Shown here: positions 9,992-19,649 of the stretch, piece after piece
Layout of the letters: each line of letters begins with the position of its first letter
Position numbering within the stretch: position 1 is the stretch's first letter
Source: a virus
Length of the DNA: 64,000 nt
UHGV virus genome: UHGV-0277313
Direction: 5' to 3' (one strand)
Program-made: the position numbers and the translations under genes
Notes under the pieces: model-generated
What the model was told of the DNA's origin: nothing
Seen by the model: the letters and a program-made list of their open reading frames with translations, nothing else
The model's database searches: none

Positions 9992-10651
9992 ATGATTAAA
10001 TACTTTATTACTCCGAAAGTCTTGACTATGATTATTAACGGTAAGCAGATGTTCGTTCCGCAAAGTCATCTGAATTACGATACAATGTGCAATGCATTAC
10101 GTCAAGGTTGTAAAGATGAAAAGGTCATTATGGAATTGTTTGACCTTAAGAAATGTATGCTGGTGGAATTTCCGAACTATGTGGAAATTGATGAAAACGG
10201 TATGCTGGTATTGAAATACTGTCATGAAATCAACATGGAGAAATTCACAAAAGAAACGTTGTTGCAAAAACGCGATGGGGCTTGTGTTGAAAGTTTCTTC
10301 ATATTGCTGGCAAACATGAGCCAAAACAAAAGTGTGGATACATATCAGTTTTTACAATGGCTGAAAAAGAAGGGATATACCTATTCACACATGGGTACGA
10401 TTCTGTGTTATGCAAGAGTCTTTGATAACATGGGTGACGTTTTGCTTACTGACAAGAGAGATGCAAATGCAATTATCAGTATTCACCCGAAATACATTGA
10501 ATTCGTGACAGTGGACGGGGCGTTGAGAGAGAAAACGTTAGTCCAAAGCGAAGCAAGTTTAGAAATTGAATGGCACGGTAACAATGAGCCTGTTCCTTCG
10601 TTGGAAAACTTCAATGTCTTCAATGGGAACGATATGTTGGGTTGCATCTAA
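9992..10651 (+). CDS. hypothetical protein
   Basis: 219-aa ORF. Confidence 0.55.
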   Translation: MIKYFITPKVLTMIINGKQMFVPQSHLNYDTMCNALRQGCKDEKVIMELFDLKKCMLVEFPNYVEIDENGMLVLKYCHEINMEKFTKETLLQKRDGACVESFFILLANMSQNKSVDTYQFLQWLKKKGYTYSHMGTILCYARVFDNMGDVLLTDKRDANAIISIHPKYIEFVTVDGALREKTLVQSEASLEIEWHGNNEPVPSLENFNVFNGNDMLGCI

Positions 10652-10665
10652 AGGGAGTAAAGACA

Positions 10666-11058
10666 ATGGATCAAGATACAATAAAAGAGCTGAACGAATT
10701 GATGAAACAAGGTTTGTATGATGACATTGAAGAAATAATGAACGAACAGTTCCCGTTGTATTCTATTGCCTATTTCAGACCGTTTCAGAAATTTGTAATC
10801 ATTGTTCCTGGTGAATGTGATGGCGTGTCATACGACGACGATGGTACGGCAGTGTTTCGTATGACGTATCAAGAGAAGGGCGGGTTTGTCGAATCAATCT
10901 ATTGGTATCTTAGTTATGAGATAAAAACTTCGCCGCTGGTTACGCCCAAAGGTAAGGCAAACTTGTTAGTTGTCAAACAGTGCAAAAATTTTATAGAGGC
11001 TGTACAATGTATTCAAAACATTGACATTGATGGTGAGAAAGCTTTGAAGGAGATTTGA
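10666..11058 (+). CDS. hypothetical protein, C-terminal-motif family (ends GEKALKEI)
   Basis: ATG 10666 after AAGGGAG. Confidence 0.55.
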   Translation: MDQDTIKELNELMKQGLYDDIEEIMNEQFPLYSIAYFRPFQKFVIIVPGECDGVSYDDDGTAVFRMTYQEKGGFVESIYWYLSYEIKTSPLVTPKGKANLLVVKQCKNFIEAVQCIQNIDIDGEKALKEI

Positions 11059-11060
11059 CA

Positions 11061-11372
11061 ATGACTTTTGAAGAAGCTATCGAAGGATTACCTATCATTA
11101 TCATGGGAAGCTGTTGCACGATTGGAGAGGTGATAGCAAAAGAAGAAAGAGGAGATGTCGTTTGCTTTTTGGCAGAAGCCAAATATCATGGAACATTAAG
11201 TTTAACAGGTGAGCTTAATGTCAGCAAGAAACTTTATGACGAGAACAAAACTGATTATGAAAAAACAGATTTCAAGATAATCAGAAAATCCGTCATAACG
11301 GAGGGGAACAATTTCCCTGAATATTATGTTGTTTTGAATGACATTGGCGAACGAACAATAGGGAGGATCTGA
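11061..11372 (+). CDS. hypothetical protein, C-terminal-motif family (ends GERTIGRI)
   Basis: ORF coupled to the upstream gene. Confidence 0.55.
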   Translation: MTFEEAIEGLPIIIMGSCCTIGEVIAKEERGDVVCFLAEAKYHGTLSLTGELNVSKKLYDENKTDYEKTDFKIIRKSVITEGNNFPEYYVVLNDIGERTIGRI

Positions 11373-11375
11373 AAT

Positions 11376-11729
11376 ATGAAATTTTCCGAATTATTGAAAC
11401 ACATAAAACGCTTGGCGTTAAAACAAAGCTGTGATGTATGGAAAAATTACACATGGCATTGTGATAAAATCATATCTAACACCGACGAACTTAAGGTTAT
11501 GTTGGCTGATGGAGTTCAATACTTCACAGCTGTTGGTCGGGCTATTAATAATAACAACCGTAATGACTTCCTAAAACAACAGGCAATAGTGCGTATCAGT
11601 CGCGATGTCTTTGAATATATTGACAAATTGACTGAAAATGATGTAAAGCTTGTATGGGTTTCATCGAGCAAACTTTATTTGAGTCTGGAGATGGCACATT
11701 GTGGTGAGGTCATTTTAGAAAGAATCTAA
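11376..11729 (+). CDS. hypothetical protein, C-terminal-motif family (ends GEVILERI)
   Basis: ORF, SD GGGAGGA. Confidence 0.55.
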   Translation: MKFSELLKHIKRLALKQSCDVWKNYTWHCDKIISNTDELKVMLADGVQYFTAVGRAINNNNRNDFLKQQAIVRISRDVFEYIDKLTENDVKLVWVSSSKLYLSLEMAHCGEVILERI

Positions 11730-11742
11730 AAGGAGTGAAACA

Positions 11743-12120
11743 ATGGCATGGAGTAGAAGACAAATCTGTCAAGAATTGAAAAGAATTTTCAACGGGCAGT
11801 TTTTAGATATCATTGGTTCAGACAAACCTTTAAACATACACGTTTTAAAAGTTCAAGAAAACTTTCATGAGTATGATCTGAAAAGTATTTGGGGAAAGGA
11901 AGGGAAAGATTATAAACTGTGGTTTTATGGGAAGAATCTTGCCGGAGGGTCGTCGATTACAGTCTGTATGGTGTTGACAAAAAAGTTAGCAAGAGAATTA
12001 CAAAATTATTGTATAGGTGATTTTGTTTTAACTTTTATGAAAAAAGAAAGCACTGAAAAATATCCTTTTGTCAGGTTGGAACTTTTGTCAACAGGAAAAC
12101 AAACATTACAGGAGATTTAA
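11743..12120 (+). CDS. hypothetical protein, C-terminal-motif family (ends GKQTLQEI)
   Basis: ORF, SD AAGGAGTG. Confidence 0.55.
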   Translation: MAWSRRQICQELKRIFNGQFLDIIGSDKPLNIHVLKVQENFHEYDLKSIWGKEGKDYKLWFYGKNLAGGSSITVCMVLTKKLARELQNYCIGDFVLTFMKKESTEKYPFVRLELLSTGKQTLQEI

Positions 12121-12122
12121 GA

Positions 12123-12332
12123 ATGAAGAATGAAATCACGTTAAAAATGTGGACGCTTATGTTAGGTCTTACAGTGTCATTCGTTTTAGGAATAGTCAGT
12201 CAAGGACATAATAAATTACGTTATGTCAAATTGATTGACGAACAGTTTGAGGTGATGGGAAAGATGCAAGCCGTGAACAATCGGTGTATCAATCAGGTTA
12301 TCGCGTTAATGGAGGAGAAGAATGTCAGATAA
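12123..12332 (+). CDS. small membrane protein
   Basis: 69-aa ORF with hydrophobic segment WTLMLGLTVSFVLGIV. Confidence 0.4.
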   Translation: MKNEITLKMWTLMLGLTVSFVLGIVSQGHNKLRYVKLIDEQFEVMGKMQAVNNRCINQVIALMEEKNVR

Positions 12333-12627
12333 AATGATCAATTTGTTTCTTGCCGTTATCACGACATTGTTTTTGAAATGGTGTTGGGAGAAGATTCAAG
12401 GAGTGGTTATCAATTCAGATCAAGAAGTGTTGTTTCCTAAAGTGAAAATCAAATTGGTTAAACGACGCTTCGAGAGCAGAGATGATTTGATATCCTATTG
12501 CGGCGCTATGATGATTAAGGCAGGATATGGAAAAGAAGACGTGACAAAGTTTTTAGTTGAAGCAAAGAAGGCTAAAGACATTCCTGAATTGTTGAGCTAT
12601 TGCTATCAGTGTTTTTACATTTACTAA
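12322..12627 (+). CDS. hypothetical protein (N-terminal TM)
   Basis: 101-aa ORF, SD GGAGGAG. Confidence 0.45.
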   Translation: MSDKMINLFLAVITTLFLKWCWEKIQGVVINSDQEVLFPKVKIKLVKRRFESRDDLISYCGAMMIKAGYGKEDVTKFLVEAKKAKDIPELLSYCYQCFYIY

Positions 12628-12639
12628 AGGAGAGTACAA

Positions 12640-13191
12640 ATGAGAAACGTAGAATTGTTGAGCAAGAACAAAGATATGACAAAACAAATCGAAGCTGTCA
12701 ATAAGGCTATCGAAAAGTTTGGTCATAAAGACAATGAAACCGTGCAGATAGATTCTGTTGACAACGTAGCCAAAGATGATGTAGTCTTTATCTATGATTA
12801 CAGTTGTTTAGGAAAGAGCTTTCACGCTTTTATCGAAGCCTTCAAAGTTTTGGTATGGAAGAAAGCAGAGGTTCATTTTGTTGTTGAGAACTTGAATTAT
12901 TGGAACGATGTGCAATTGCAAGGATCCTTGACAGCATTGACATTTGCAGAAGAGTGTGAAAGAAGACTTCGCAGCGCGGTGTCAAAAGAGAACCTTGCAG
13001 AAGCAGCAACAAGAGGAAAGTTTGCAGGCCGTCCTAAAGGTTCAAAGAACAAAGAAAGTCTGATTATCACGAAAGCCGCTGAAATTGAATTTTGGTTGCA
13101 GCAAGGAGAAACCAAAAAATGGATTGCTAAACAGTTGGGTATTTCGGTGGGTACGATATATAACTATATCAAATCCAAAACAGAAGCTTAA
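12640..13191 (+). CDS. serine-recombinase (resolvase/invertase)-like protein lacking the catalytic Ser motif; C-terminal HTH
   Basis: C-terminus GRPKGS...IAKQLGISVGTIYNYIK is a typical resolvase HTH; DDVVFIYDYSCLGKS resembles the resolvase core; no N-terminal RVSTxxQ. Confidence 0.55.
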   Translation: MRNVELLSKNKDMTKQIEAVNKAIEKFGHKDNETVQIDSVDNVAKDDVVFIYDYSCLGKSFHAFIEAFKVLVWKKAEVHFVVENLNYWNDVQLQGSLTALTFAEECERRLRSAVSKENLAEAATRGKFAGRPKGSKNKESLIITKAAEIEFWLQQGETKKWIAKQLGISVGTIYNYIKSKTEA

Positions 13192-13216
13192 CACTATCAA
13201 ACAAAGGAGAAAAGGG

Positions 13217-14245
13217 ATGTACTATGATGGTAAATTAAAAGAGTTGGAACAGAAAATCGAAACTCTGGAAGATAAAGTTTTTGGTATGAATCGCAGCACG
13301 GAGAAGAATGAACAATCCTTTGCTGATCAAATTAAAACACTCAGACAAAAAACACAAAGCTGTTACAGACAGTTTGATGCCGCTCAAAGTGATGCCGAAA
13401 TGGACAAAAGTAAACAAGTTTGGCAATCCGAGATATCTGAATTAGAGACACTGCTTATTAAGGAATATGAGCGTATTAAAGAAGCAGTGAAAAATATTCC
13501 TTTTGGTTACATTGCTGAAAGTGTTGGTATTGATCCTGTGACAGGATATTGCAAGTGTATTTGGAAATGGTCAGCGACTGAACCGACCAAAGATACTGAA
13601 GGTGCTGGCTATGTAGATTTCAATACTAAAGATGTCAGTCGCGATGAATTCAAAAAGATTCGAGGCTTGATGAAAAAATATGGTCTCGATAAATTCTGTC
13701 TTTATGAAATCTCTGGTAAAAAGGAATATCCCTTGTGCTTCAAATGTGGTAAAGATGATTTGGTGACTAAAGAATCTGAAGAATCTAAATCATTAAATGA
13801 AGTTGCAAAGATGTTCAAACACGGTTGGTTGTGTCAAGATGAAGAACGAATCATGTGGGTTCCTAAACGTCCTAAAGGTTTGTCTTTGTGGAATAAACAG
13901 AAAGGCGGTGTGGAATTAAATGTTGAAATTGAGAAAACCAAAAACCCGTGTTACGTCGATTGCAAAACAGGAAAAAAGTTTTCCAGAATTTGGTTGAAAG
14001 ATGTGGAATTCCAAGAGTACGATGATTATCGATGCAGAACATTCACTCTTGACGAACTGGAAGAACATTTTATATGCGCCGGTAATAGCTTTACAGTGAA
14101 AGTAATGAAAGGTAATGAGGTCTTGCGCGATGATGAAACATTGGAACATTTAATCGACGAAATCAATTCCACGTATGAAGACTGGAATGCTATAAAAGGA
14201 AGATTTCCTGAAACGATTTGCTTAATCAAAATGTGGGGAGGCTGA
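13217..14245 (+). CDS. hypothetical protein (N-terminal coiled coil)
   Basis: ATG 13217 after AAAGGAGAAAAGGG; track start 13085 overlaps the upstream gene. Confidence 0.55.
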   Translation: MYYDGKLKELEQKIETLEDKVFGMNRSTEKNEQSFADQIKTLRQKTQSCYRQFDAAQSDAEMDKSKQVWQSEISELETLLIKEYERIKEAVKNIPFGYIAESVGIDPVTGYCKCIWKWSATEPTKDTEGAGYVDFNTKDVSRDEFKKIRGLMKKYGLDKFCLYEISGKKEYPLCFKCGKDDLVTKESEESKSLNEVAKMFKHGWLCQDEERIMWVPKRPKGLSLWNKQKGGVELNVEIEKTKNPCYVDCKTGKKFSRIWLKDVEFQEYDDYRCRTFTLDELEEHFICAGNSFTVKVMKGNEVLRDDETLEHLIDEINSTYEDWNAIKGRFPETICLIKMWGG

Positions 14246-14247
14246 AG

Positions 14248-15108
14248 ATGATTGAATTCAACGGAACGGTGAAAGAGTTTTTGAAGAATTACCCGAAAGA
14301 AGAAAGAAAGGTCGGGGAAACGTATCGTATCATTACAACTAAAGGAAGTAATGATTATCAGTTTGTTGGCAGCGTGTCTGAAAAGAATTTCAAGAGGATT
14401 GAAAATAACAGCACTGTTGACAATGAAATTGATGGTGCAGAATTGGAACGTCAAGAAGATGAAAGACAGTTGTCTGAATTGAAACGGTTGGCTAAAAAGA
14501 TTTTAGAGGCTGAACCGACGTATGAAAGAGATTTGGGATCAATGTGTGAAAAAGTCTTGGCTTGTATCAATGCTGAAGATTTGGCATGTATCGCAAATGT
14601 TGCAGCAGTCAATCGTTTGATGGGACGTGTCGTATATATCCAAAATGATGAGGCATGTTGGGAAGTTAAGAAGAATGTTGATTGTGATATCTATGACTTC
14701 ATTGATAAGTTGGCAGAGACTATCAGATTGCAAAGTATCGGCGATAAAGAATTCACATTGCTTAACAAACTGTTGTATCAAGAAGATGCCGATAACTTTG
14801 CACGATTCTGTGATGAATGGAGAGACAAATGTTGTGATATCATGGAGTGTTGCAAACAGTTTTGCGGGTTTGACTTGAAAAAAGTTATTCGTCTGAATAA
14901 TTTGATACATCATTTATCAAACATTGAGGACGGGTATCTGGAATATTTGAACGAAATTGTCGATGATTATGCATGGTTTGGGGAAACGTTTAAGACCTAT
15001 TCCAAAAATACGGACGATTTCATTGTTCATAATATCGCAGAAGAGTTCAAAGACTTAAACCGGTATCTGATTAAACTGTTTGTAAATTACGGGGAGTTGG
15101 ACAAATGA
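14248..15108 (+). CDS. hypothetical protein, MIEFxGxxKxF(L/F)KxYPK N-terminal family (paralog 1)
   Basis: N-terminus MIEFNGTVKEFLKNYPKEERKVGETYRII...YQFVGSVSEKNFKRIE is paralogous to 20961 and 23004. Confidence 0.6.
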   Translation: MIEFNGTVKEFLKNYPKEERKVGETYRIITTKGSNDYQFVGSVSEKNFKRIENNSTVDNEIDGAELERQEDERQLSELKRLAKKILEAEPTYERDLGSMCEKVLACINAEDLACIANVAAVNRLMGRVVYIQNDEACWEVKKNVDCDIYDFIDKLAETIRLQSIGDKEFTLLNKLLYQEDADNFARFCDEWRDKCCDIMECCKQFCGFDLKKVIRLNNLIHHLSNIEDGYLEYLNEIVDDYAWFGETFKTYSKNTDDFIVHNIAEEFKDLNRYLIKLFVNYGELDK

Positions 15109-15455
15109 CAAAGAAAGGTATCTTCAAAGAAATAGGTATTTCACCGTATATGGTGTTTCGCCTTAAAGATGAATATGACGAAGGATACTATTACAATGGA
15201 TTTGGTTGTCCGTATCAGAAAGGACATATCTATTGGGCAGTATCGAATGTTGTTCAAGAGAAGACAAGAGAGATTGCATCTTTTGTCAGCAAGTATCGCG
15301 GTGTGATGCAAGCACCTTCAACCGAATGCAAACAGCGTAAATGGATTGAAGAAGTGTTGCTGAAAGAATATGATATGGTATATCAAGGCAGATCGTTGGC
15401 AGATGCGATCGACTTCATGGAAAGACAAACGGATCAAGAAAGGATCGGAGAATGA
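15105..15455 (+). CDS. hypothetical protein
   Basis: 116-aa ORF. Confidence 0.5.
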   Translation: MTKKGIFKEIGISPYMVFRLKDEYDEGYYYNGFGCPYQKGHIYWAVSNVVQEKTREIASFVSKYRGVMQAPSTECKQRKWIEEVLLKEYDMVYQGRSLADAIDFMERQTDQERIGE

Positions 15456-15631
15456 AGACATTTCATATCAATATCAAACAGACAGTCAAGGGTTATTACA
15501 TTATCCGGGCTGATTCTGAAGAAGATGCACTTGATTTGGCACAAGGTTATCTTGAATTAGGTGAACATCTTGATAAAGAAACAGTTGTTGATGGGGAGGT
15601 TGTTGATGTCGAAGAGGTTGGAAAGTCTTGA
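15452..15631 (+). CDS. small acidic protein (59 aa)
   Basis: ATGA overlap with the upstream stop; missed by the 60-aa ORF track. Confidence 0.3.
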   Translation: MKTFHINIKQTVKGYYIIRADSEEDALDLAQGYLELGEHLDKETVVDGEVVDVEEVGKS

Positions 15632-15920
15632 AGAGCTTGTAGATTTTCTGATGTCATCAACAATATCGGAAATAGATGAGGTCGGCTTTGATCCTGGTTT
15701 CAAAGACGGCCTCTTCTGTATATCCTATAAAGACATATCAGTTGCGTTTGACTTGAATGATAAATACATAGAACATCTGTATGTGTCTTTACAAGGAAAT
15801 CCAAAAGTGCAAAAAATCGACATTAATGATGATGTCGATGATGATGTCAGTCAGATAATCATAGACAAGTTCAACAAAATAATTGTTCCGATAGGTGAAC
15901 AATGTTTAGAAGGAGTTTAA
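15606..15920 (+). CDS. hypothetical protein, C-terminal-motif family (ends IGEQCLEGV)
   Basis: ATG 15606 after GGGGAGG. Confidence 0.5.
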   Translation: MSKRLESLEELVDFLMSSTISEIDEVGFDPGFKDGLFCISYKDISVAFDLNDKYIEHLYVSLQGNPKVQKIDINDDVDDDVSQIIIDKFNKIIVPIGEQCLEGV

Positions 15921-15924
15921 AACA

Positions 15925-16503
15925 ATGGGACAGTATTTTTTGGCATACGTTCGCAAAAAGAACGCTAAAAGAGGAAAAGCTTTTAAAAGCCTTTGTGGTT
16001 TGAAATTGATGGAACATTCCTATATTGGGAATAAGTTAATGCAAGGGGTATGTAAATTGATTTATAAAACCCCTTCATATGTTGTGTGGAGTGGTGATTA
16101 CTTTGACTGTACAGAGGATCAAGAAAAGGCTGAGATGTCTTCGAATGATGTCTTTGTGGACTTCGCAAGATTGTGGAATAAGAGTGTCAAAGGGTTGTCA
16201 GAAGAGTTTGATATCACAAACAAGTTTCTTGTCAATCATGATATGAAGGTATATATCAATATGAGAGATTATATCGACATGTTAAAATGTGGCAAGATGA
16301 TTGATGAGGGTTGGGTTATTCACCCGTTATCATTGTTGACTGCAAATAGCAATGGTAAAGGCGGTGGCGACTATTGGGACAATTGTTTGAATTACGATCA
16401 GGTTGGGTCTTGGAATAATTGTTTGTTGGAGGTTACGGACGATATTCCTAAAGGCTATACAGACGTAACAGACGATGTGTTGTTCGACGATGGCGAAGAG
16501 TAA
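15925..16503 (+). CDS. hypothetical protein
   Basis: 192-aa ORF after GAAGGAG. Confidence 0.55.
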   Translation: MGQYFLAYVRKKNAKRGKAFKSLCGLKLMEHSYIGNKLMQGVCKLIYKTPSYVVWSGDYFDCTEDQEKAEMSSNDVFVDFARLWNKSVKGLSEEFDITNKFLVNHDMKVYINMRDYIDMLKCGKMIDEGWVIHPLSLLTANSNGKGGGDYWDNCLNYDQVGSWNNCLLEVTDDIPKGYTDVTDDVLFDDGEE

Positions 16504-16695
16504 AACAAACTTTTATACAATTTGTGTGAATGATGTTGAAACGTTTTGTGATAATGGTATGATATTAGGTGTCTATGATTATCGAACAAGACGTTTCACA
16601 CAAATTGTCTGCCGTTTAAAAGAGGCACAAAAGGTTCCTTTTCAAGAATGGCGTTCTTCAAAAGAAGACCTTTTAATATAAAGGAGATGAAGACA

Positions 16696-17037
16696 ATGGA
16701 AAAAGAATTAATTGTTTGCGATAACTTTGGTAAACAGGTGCAGATAGGGGATATCATTGTCTTCGTTGAAACCTTCAAATATCGCGGTATAGAAAAATAT
16801 GGTTCAGCCTTGACGGTGGCAACAGTTATGGAAATAACAAACCGTAGGTTTAAATTGGCCCCTGTATACTTTTCTAAAGACGAGTATGAAGCATTAAAGA
16901 AACGCGGTGGTTACGCCGTATACAGTCCTTCCAAAAAACAATACATATCAACAGAAAAGAAATTCCTTGAACATCAATACAATGCTTTCTATATTGTTGG
17001 TCATGGTGATGGAAGTGTTGTACTAAACATTATATAA
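16696..17037 (+). CDS. hypothetical protein, C-terminal-motif family (ends DGSVVLNII)
   Basis: ATG 16696 nine nt after AAGGAG. Confidence 0.55.
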   Translation: MEKELIVCDNFGKQVQIGDIIVFVETFKYRGIEKYGSALTVATVMEITNRRFKLAPVYFSKDEYEALKKRGGYAVYSPSKKQYISTEKKFLEHQYNAFYIVGHGDGSVVLNII

Positions 17038-17049
17038 AGGAGGGTCATT

Positions 17050-17382
17050 ATGTCAATGTACTATATCGATGACTTTGATGAAGAACGTTTTAAACAAATG
17101 AAGGAATGGTTAAAAGGTCGAGAACTTCCTGATGGTGAAGGACTTTTTATGTCTGTATTAGATAATGCCCCTATGTATACAGATCAAAACCCTGATGACT
17201 ATTTCAATATTGTTCATGCCCAAACAAAAGACCCTGATGATATCGGATTAAAAATTGTTCGTATCAATCAGAATCTGTTTAAATCCGATTATAGTTTCGA
17301 TAAATGTGAGCTGGTCCCTCAAGGCGAGGTATTATATATCGAACCTATCAATGCGGGTAAAAATACCCTGAACACAATCTGA
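17050..17382 (+). CDS. hypothetical protein, C-terminal-motif family (ends AGKNTLNTI)
   Basis: ORF after AAGGAGGG. Confidence 0.6.
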   Translation: MSMYYIDDFDEERFKQMKEWLKGRELPDGEGLFMSVLDNAPMYTDQNPDDYFNIVHAQTKDPDDIGLKIVRINQNLFKSDYSFDKCELVPQGEVLYIEPINAGKNTLNTI

Positions 17383-17460
17383 ACCTCTTTCCTATTGACA
17401 AATCGTTTAAATTAATATAACAATTATCTTGAATGATGGTTGTTGTATAGGAGGTGTTGC

Positions 17461-17796
17461 ATGACGAAAGATATCAATGAGCTTTTAAGGTGGAAGTCGT
17501 TAATCAACATGTTGAAGGATAAGTGTCCTTTAACAACCAGTAACGGTTATGACGTATATGACATTGGCCTTGATGATATCGGCTATTGTTATGATGATAG
17601 AATTGTCCGCGTCAATTGTACTTTAAAGAGCAGGACGTTTTGTGAGCCGTTTATCGTGCAGCTTTACATCAATTTGGAATTGTTGACGAGATTGAGTCGT
17701 GTACCAGGTGAGCTTTTGGAATTTCATCACATATACAGAACAACATACAAATTGATGGAGAAACATATTGGCACACACACCTTAAACAATCTGTGA
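17461..17796 (+). CDS. hypothetical protein, C-terminal-motif family (ends IGTHTLNNL)
   Basis: ATG 17461 after TAGGAGGTG. Confidence 0.55.
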   Translation: MTKDINELLRWKSLINMLKDKCPLTTSNGYDVYDIGLDDIGYCYDDRIVRVNCTLKSRTFCEPFIVQLYINLELLTRLSRVPGELLEFHHIYRTTYKLMEKHIGTHTLNNL

Positions 17797-17810
17797 AAGA
17801 GTGGTGAACA

Positions 17811-18176
17811 ATGAAAAAGGAATTGGTGGAATTATGGGAGAAACGAAGAGAGAACATTAACAAAACTTTAAGAGATGTTCAGTTTTCTATTGTCGAGAAA
17901 AATGTTCTTTATCGATTTTCTTTTGGTCGCGTAATGGAATCAGCAGAAAAAGCCTTGAAGGGCAATGATGACCCTAAAAATTTGGTGCTGGATTGTTTGT
18001 GTATTTGGTATAGAAAAGACAGTGTAGCAACAATCACATTTGCTATTAGCTTTAAATCAGATTTTGTGGATCGTATATCAACAGTCCCTAGAGAGAATAT
18101 CGAAATTGTTGATTCAGACGACGGTATTGTCTGTCAAGAAAAAGAAATTGGAACAGTCGTGATGGAGATGGTATGA
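17811..18176 (+). CDS. hypothetical protein, C-terminal-motif family (ends IGTVVMEMV)
   Basis: ORF after GAGTGGTG. Confidence 0.55.
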   Translation: MKKELVELWEKRRENINKTLRDVQFSIVEKNVLYRFSFGRVMESAEKALKGNDDPKNLVLDCLCIWYRKDSVATITFAISFKSDFVDRISTVPRENIEIVDSDDGIVCQEKEIGTVVMEMV

Positions 18177-18541
18177 TGAAGGATAAGAAATTGGAAAGAG
18201 AAACTAAACAGTTCGCAAGGTATATACGTAACCTGGAAAAAGTGTTGGCTGATAAGCAAGTATTCGTTGAGGACGAACGATATAAATTTCTGTTTGTTTT
18301 GCTTAATGAAACCGAAGCGTATAAACGGAATGCACTTTATCATAATCCTTCACATTACGAATTCAAGAGTTGTTTTCTAAGATACACTGGAGAGTGTGAA
18401 TATTTCAATGTGTATGTGGAGATTGAACTTTTGACACGTATCAGAAAATGTAAGAAGAAATCTTTACAATTACATGCGAAGGATAAAGATGTTATATTAG
18501 AGGAAATTCCTTGCGGGGAAGTGGTGTTGGGAGGGATATGA
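18173..18541 (+). CDS. hypothetical protein, C-terminal-motif family (ends GEVVLGGI)
   Basis: ATGA overlap with the upstream gene. Confidence 0.55.
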   Translation: MMKDKKLERETKQFARYIRNLEKVLADKQVFVEDERYKFLFVLLNETEAYKRNALYHNPSHYEFKSCFLRYTGECEYFNVYVEIELLTRIRKCKKKSLQLHAKDKDVILEEIPCGEVVLGGI

Positions 18542-18879
18542 TGAAAATAAGTACAGATACAGAGAAGTTCCGAAGGTTGCAAAATGTTTTAGTAGGTAAA
18601 CCTATTCTTGATACAGTCGTTTCACATGTTTCGAAGTCGGCAGATGTTTTAGCTGACTTTAATGACAATGCACAATATATCGTATTGAACATAGTACCTA
18701 AAACACGCAATTCATGGGAACTGATGAGTTGGACTGTGTATATGAAGGTAGAACTTTATAAACGCCCTAAACTTTTTCCGCTTTTGGAATTAGCTATACG
18801 TGATGATATGTTTCATTCCGGAAAGTGGATAGAGGTTGTCTTGCCAAGCATCGGGGAAACAACCTTAAACAAAATATAG
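18538..18879 (+). CDS. hypothetical protein, C-terminal-motif family (ends IGETTLNKI)
   Basis: ATGA overlap; SD GGGAGGG. Confidence 0.55.
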   Translation: MMKISTDTEKFRRLQNVLVGKPILDTVVSHVSKSADVLADFNDNAQYIVLNIVPKTRNSWELMSWTVYMKVELYKRPKLFPLLELAIRDDMFHSGKWIEVVLPSIGETTLNKI

Positions 18880-18881
18880 TG

Positions 18882-18910
18882 TTGACAATTGTCTGACACT
18901 TTTATACAAT
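18882..18910 (+). promoter_or_regulatory. sigma70-type promoter (TTGACA N17 TACAAT)
   Basis: gTTGACAattgtctgacacttttaTACAAT. Confidence 0.5.
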
Positions 18911-18941
18911 CAACCTTAACAAACCTTAAAGGAGAATAGCT

Positions 18942-19277
18942 ATGAGCAACAAACAGACCTATACGACATCTGAACTGATGTTTTCGATTGTTGAGAATTT
19001 GGAGAGACAGATTGTCAACATCAACGCGGTTATTGGTGTATTGAAAGAAACCGCTGAGGAAATGAAAGCACGTGAAGAAGACAATGTGTATGGTATTAAA
19101 CGTGAACAGTTTGAAGAAATTGCTAAACTGATTCATATGAAAAACAAGATGCAGAATGCCTTGAACAACATTGCACATGGTGAAATGACAGTTAAACCGT
19201 ATGGTACAGTGTTCATGGGTCGCGAAGAAGAAATCACTTTGCAACAATACGCAGAGGAAGCTTTAAAGGAGGATTGA
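18942..19277 (+). CDS. hypothetical protein
   Basis: 111-aa ORF after AAGGAG. Confidence 0.55.
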   Translation: MSNKQTYTTSELMFSIVENLERQIVNINAVIGVLKETAEEMKAREEDNVYGIKREQFEEIAKLIHMKNKMQNALNNIAHGEMTVKPYGTVFMGREEEITLQQYAEEALKED

Positions 19278-19624
19278 ATATGAAGAATTGGGTAGGATAC
19301 AAAGGTCGATTGAAAAGCCTTTTATTGGCCGTTGATGAAATCTTGTATGCACAATATCAGGTACACGTCAGAGATTTCGACAAAGTTATCCGGTCCAATA
19401 TTCATTTCACCGATCAGTTGAAAAATAAAGAAGACACCGTGATGGTTTTAATCGACTTTAAATCCGAGACAGATGAAAGTTTGTTGTTGTCACAATGGTT
19501 TTACATTGATAAATCATTATTAAGACGATATAAAACCTTCACGGCCAGTATGATTGATTATTCAGATGATGAAAGTACAATCAAGGAAAAAGATATAGGG
19601 TGCCAAACCCTTTTCTCTGTATGA
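19274..19624 (+). CDS. hypothetical protein, C-terminal-motif family (ends IGCQTLFSV)
   Basis: ATGA-coupled ORF. Confidence 0.5.
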   Translation: MNMKNWVGYKGRLKSLLLAVDEILYAQYQVHVRDFDKVIRSNIHFTDQLKNKEDTVMVLIDFKSETDESLLLSQWFYIDKSLLRRYKTFTASMIDYSDDESTIKEKDIGCQTLFSV

Positions 19625-19649
19625 TTCTATCTGTATGAAAGGAAAAACA

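Noticed and set aside
12640-13191. Functional serine integrase/invertase marking a prophage attachment site
   Set aside because: The catalytic N-terminal serine motif is absent and there are no flanking att-like or inverted repeats. It is annotated only as recombinase-like.
13085-13216. ORF-track start at 13085 (and similar upstream-extended starts at 1859, 10642, 14218, 18511, 41103)
   Set aside because: They overlap the preceding genes and lack Shine-Dalgarno sequences. Downstream ATGs with AGGAG-type ribosome-binding sites were chosen.
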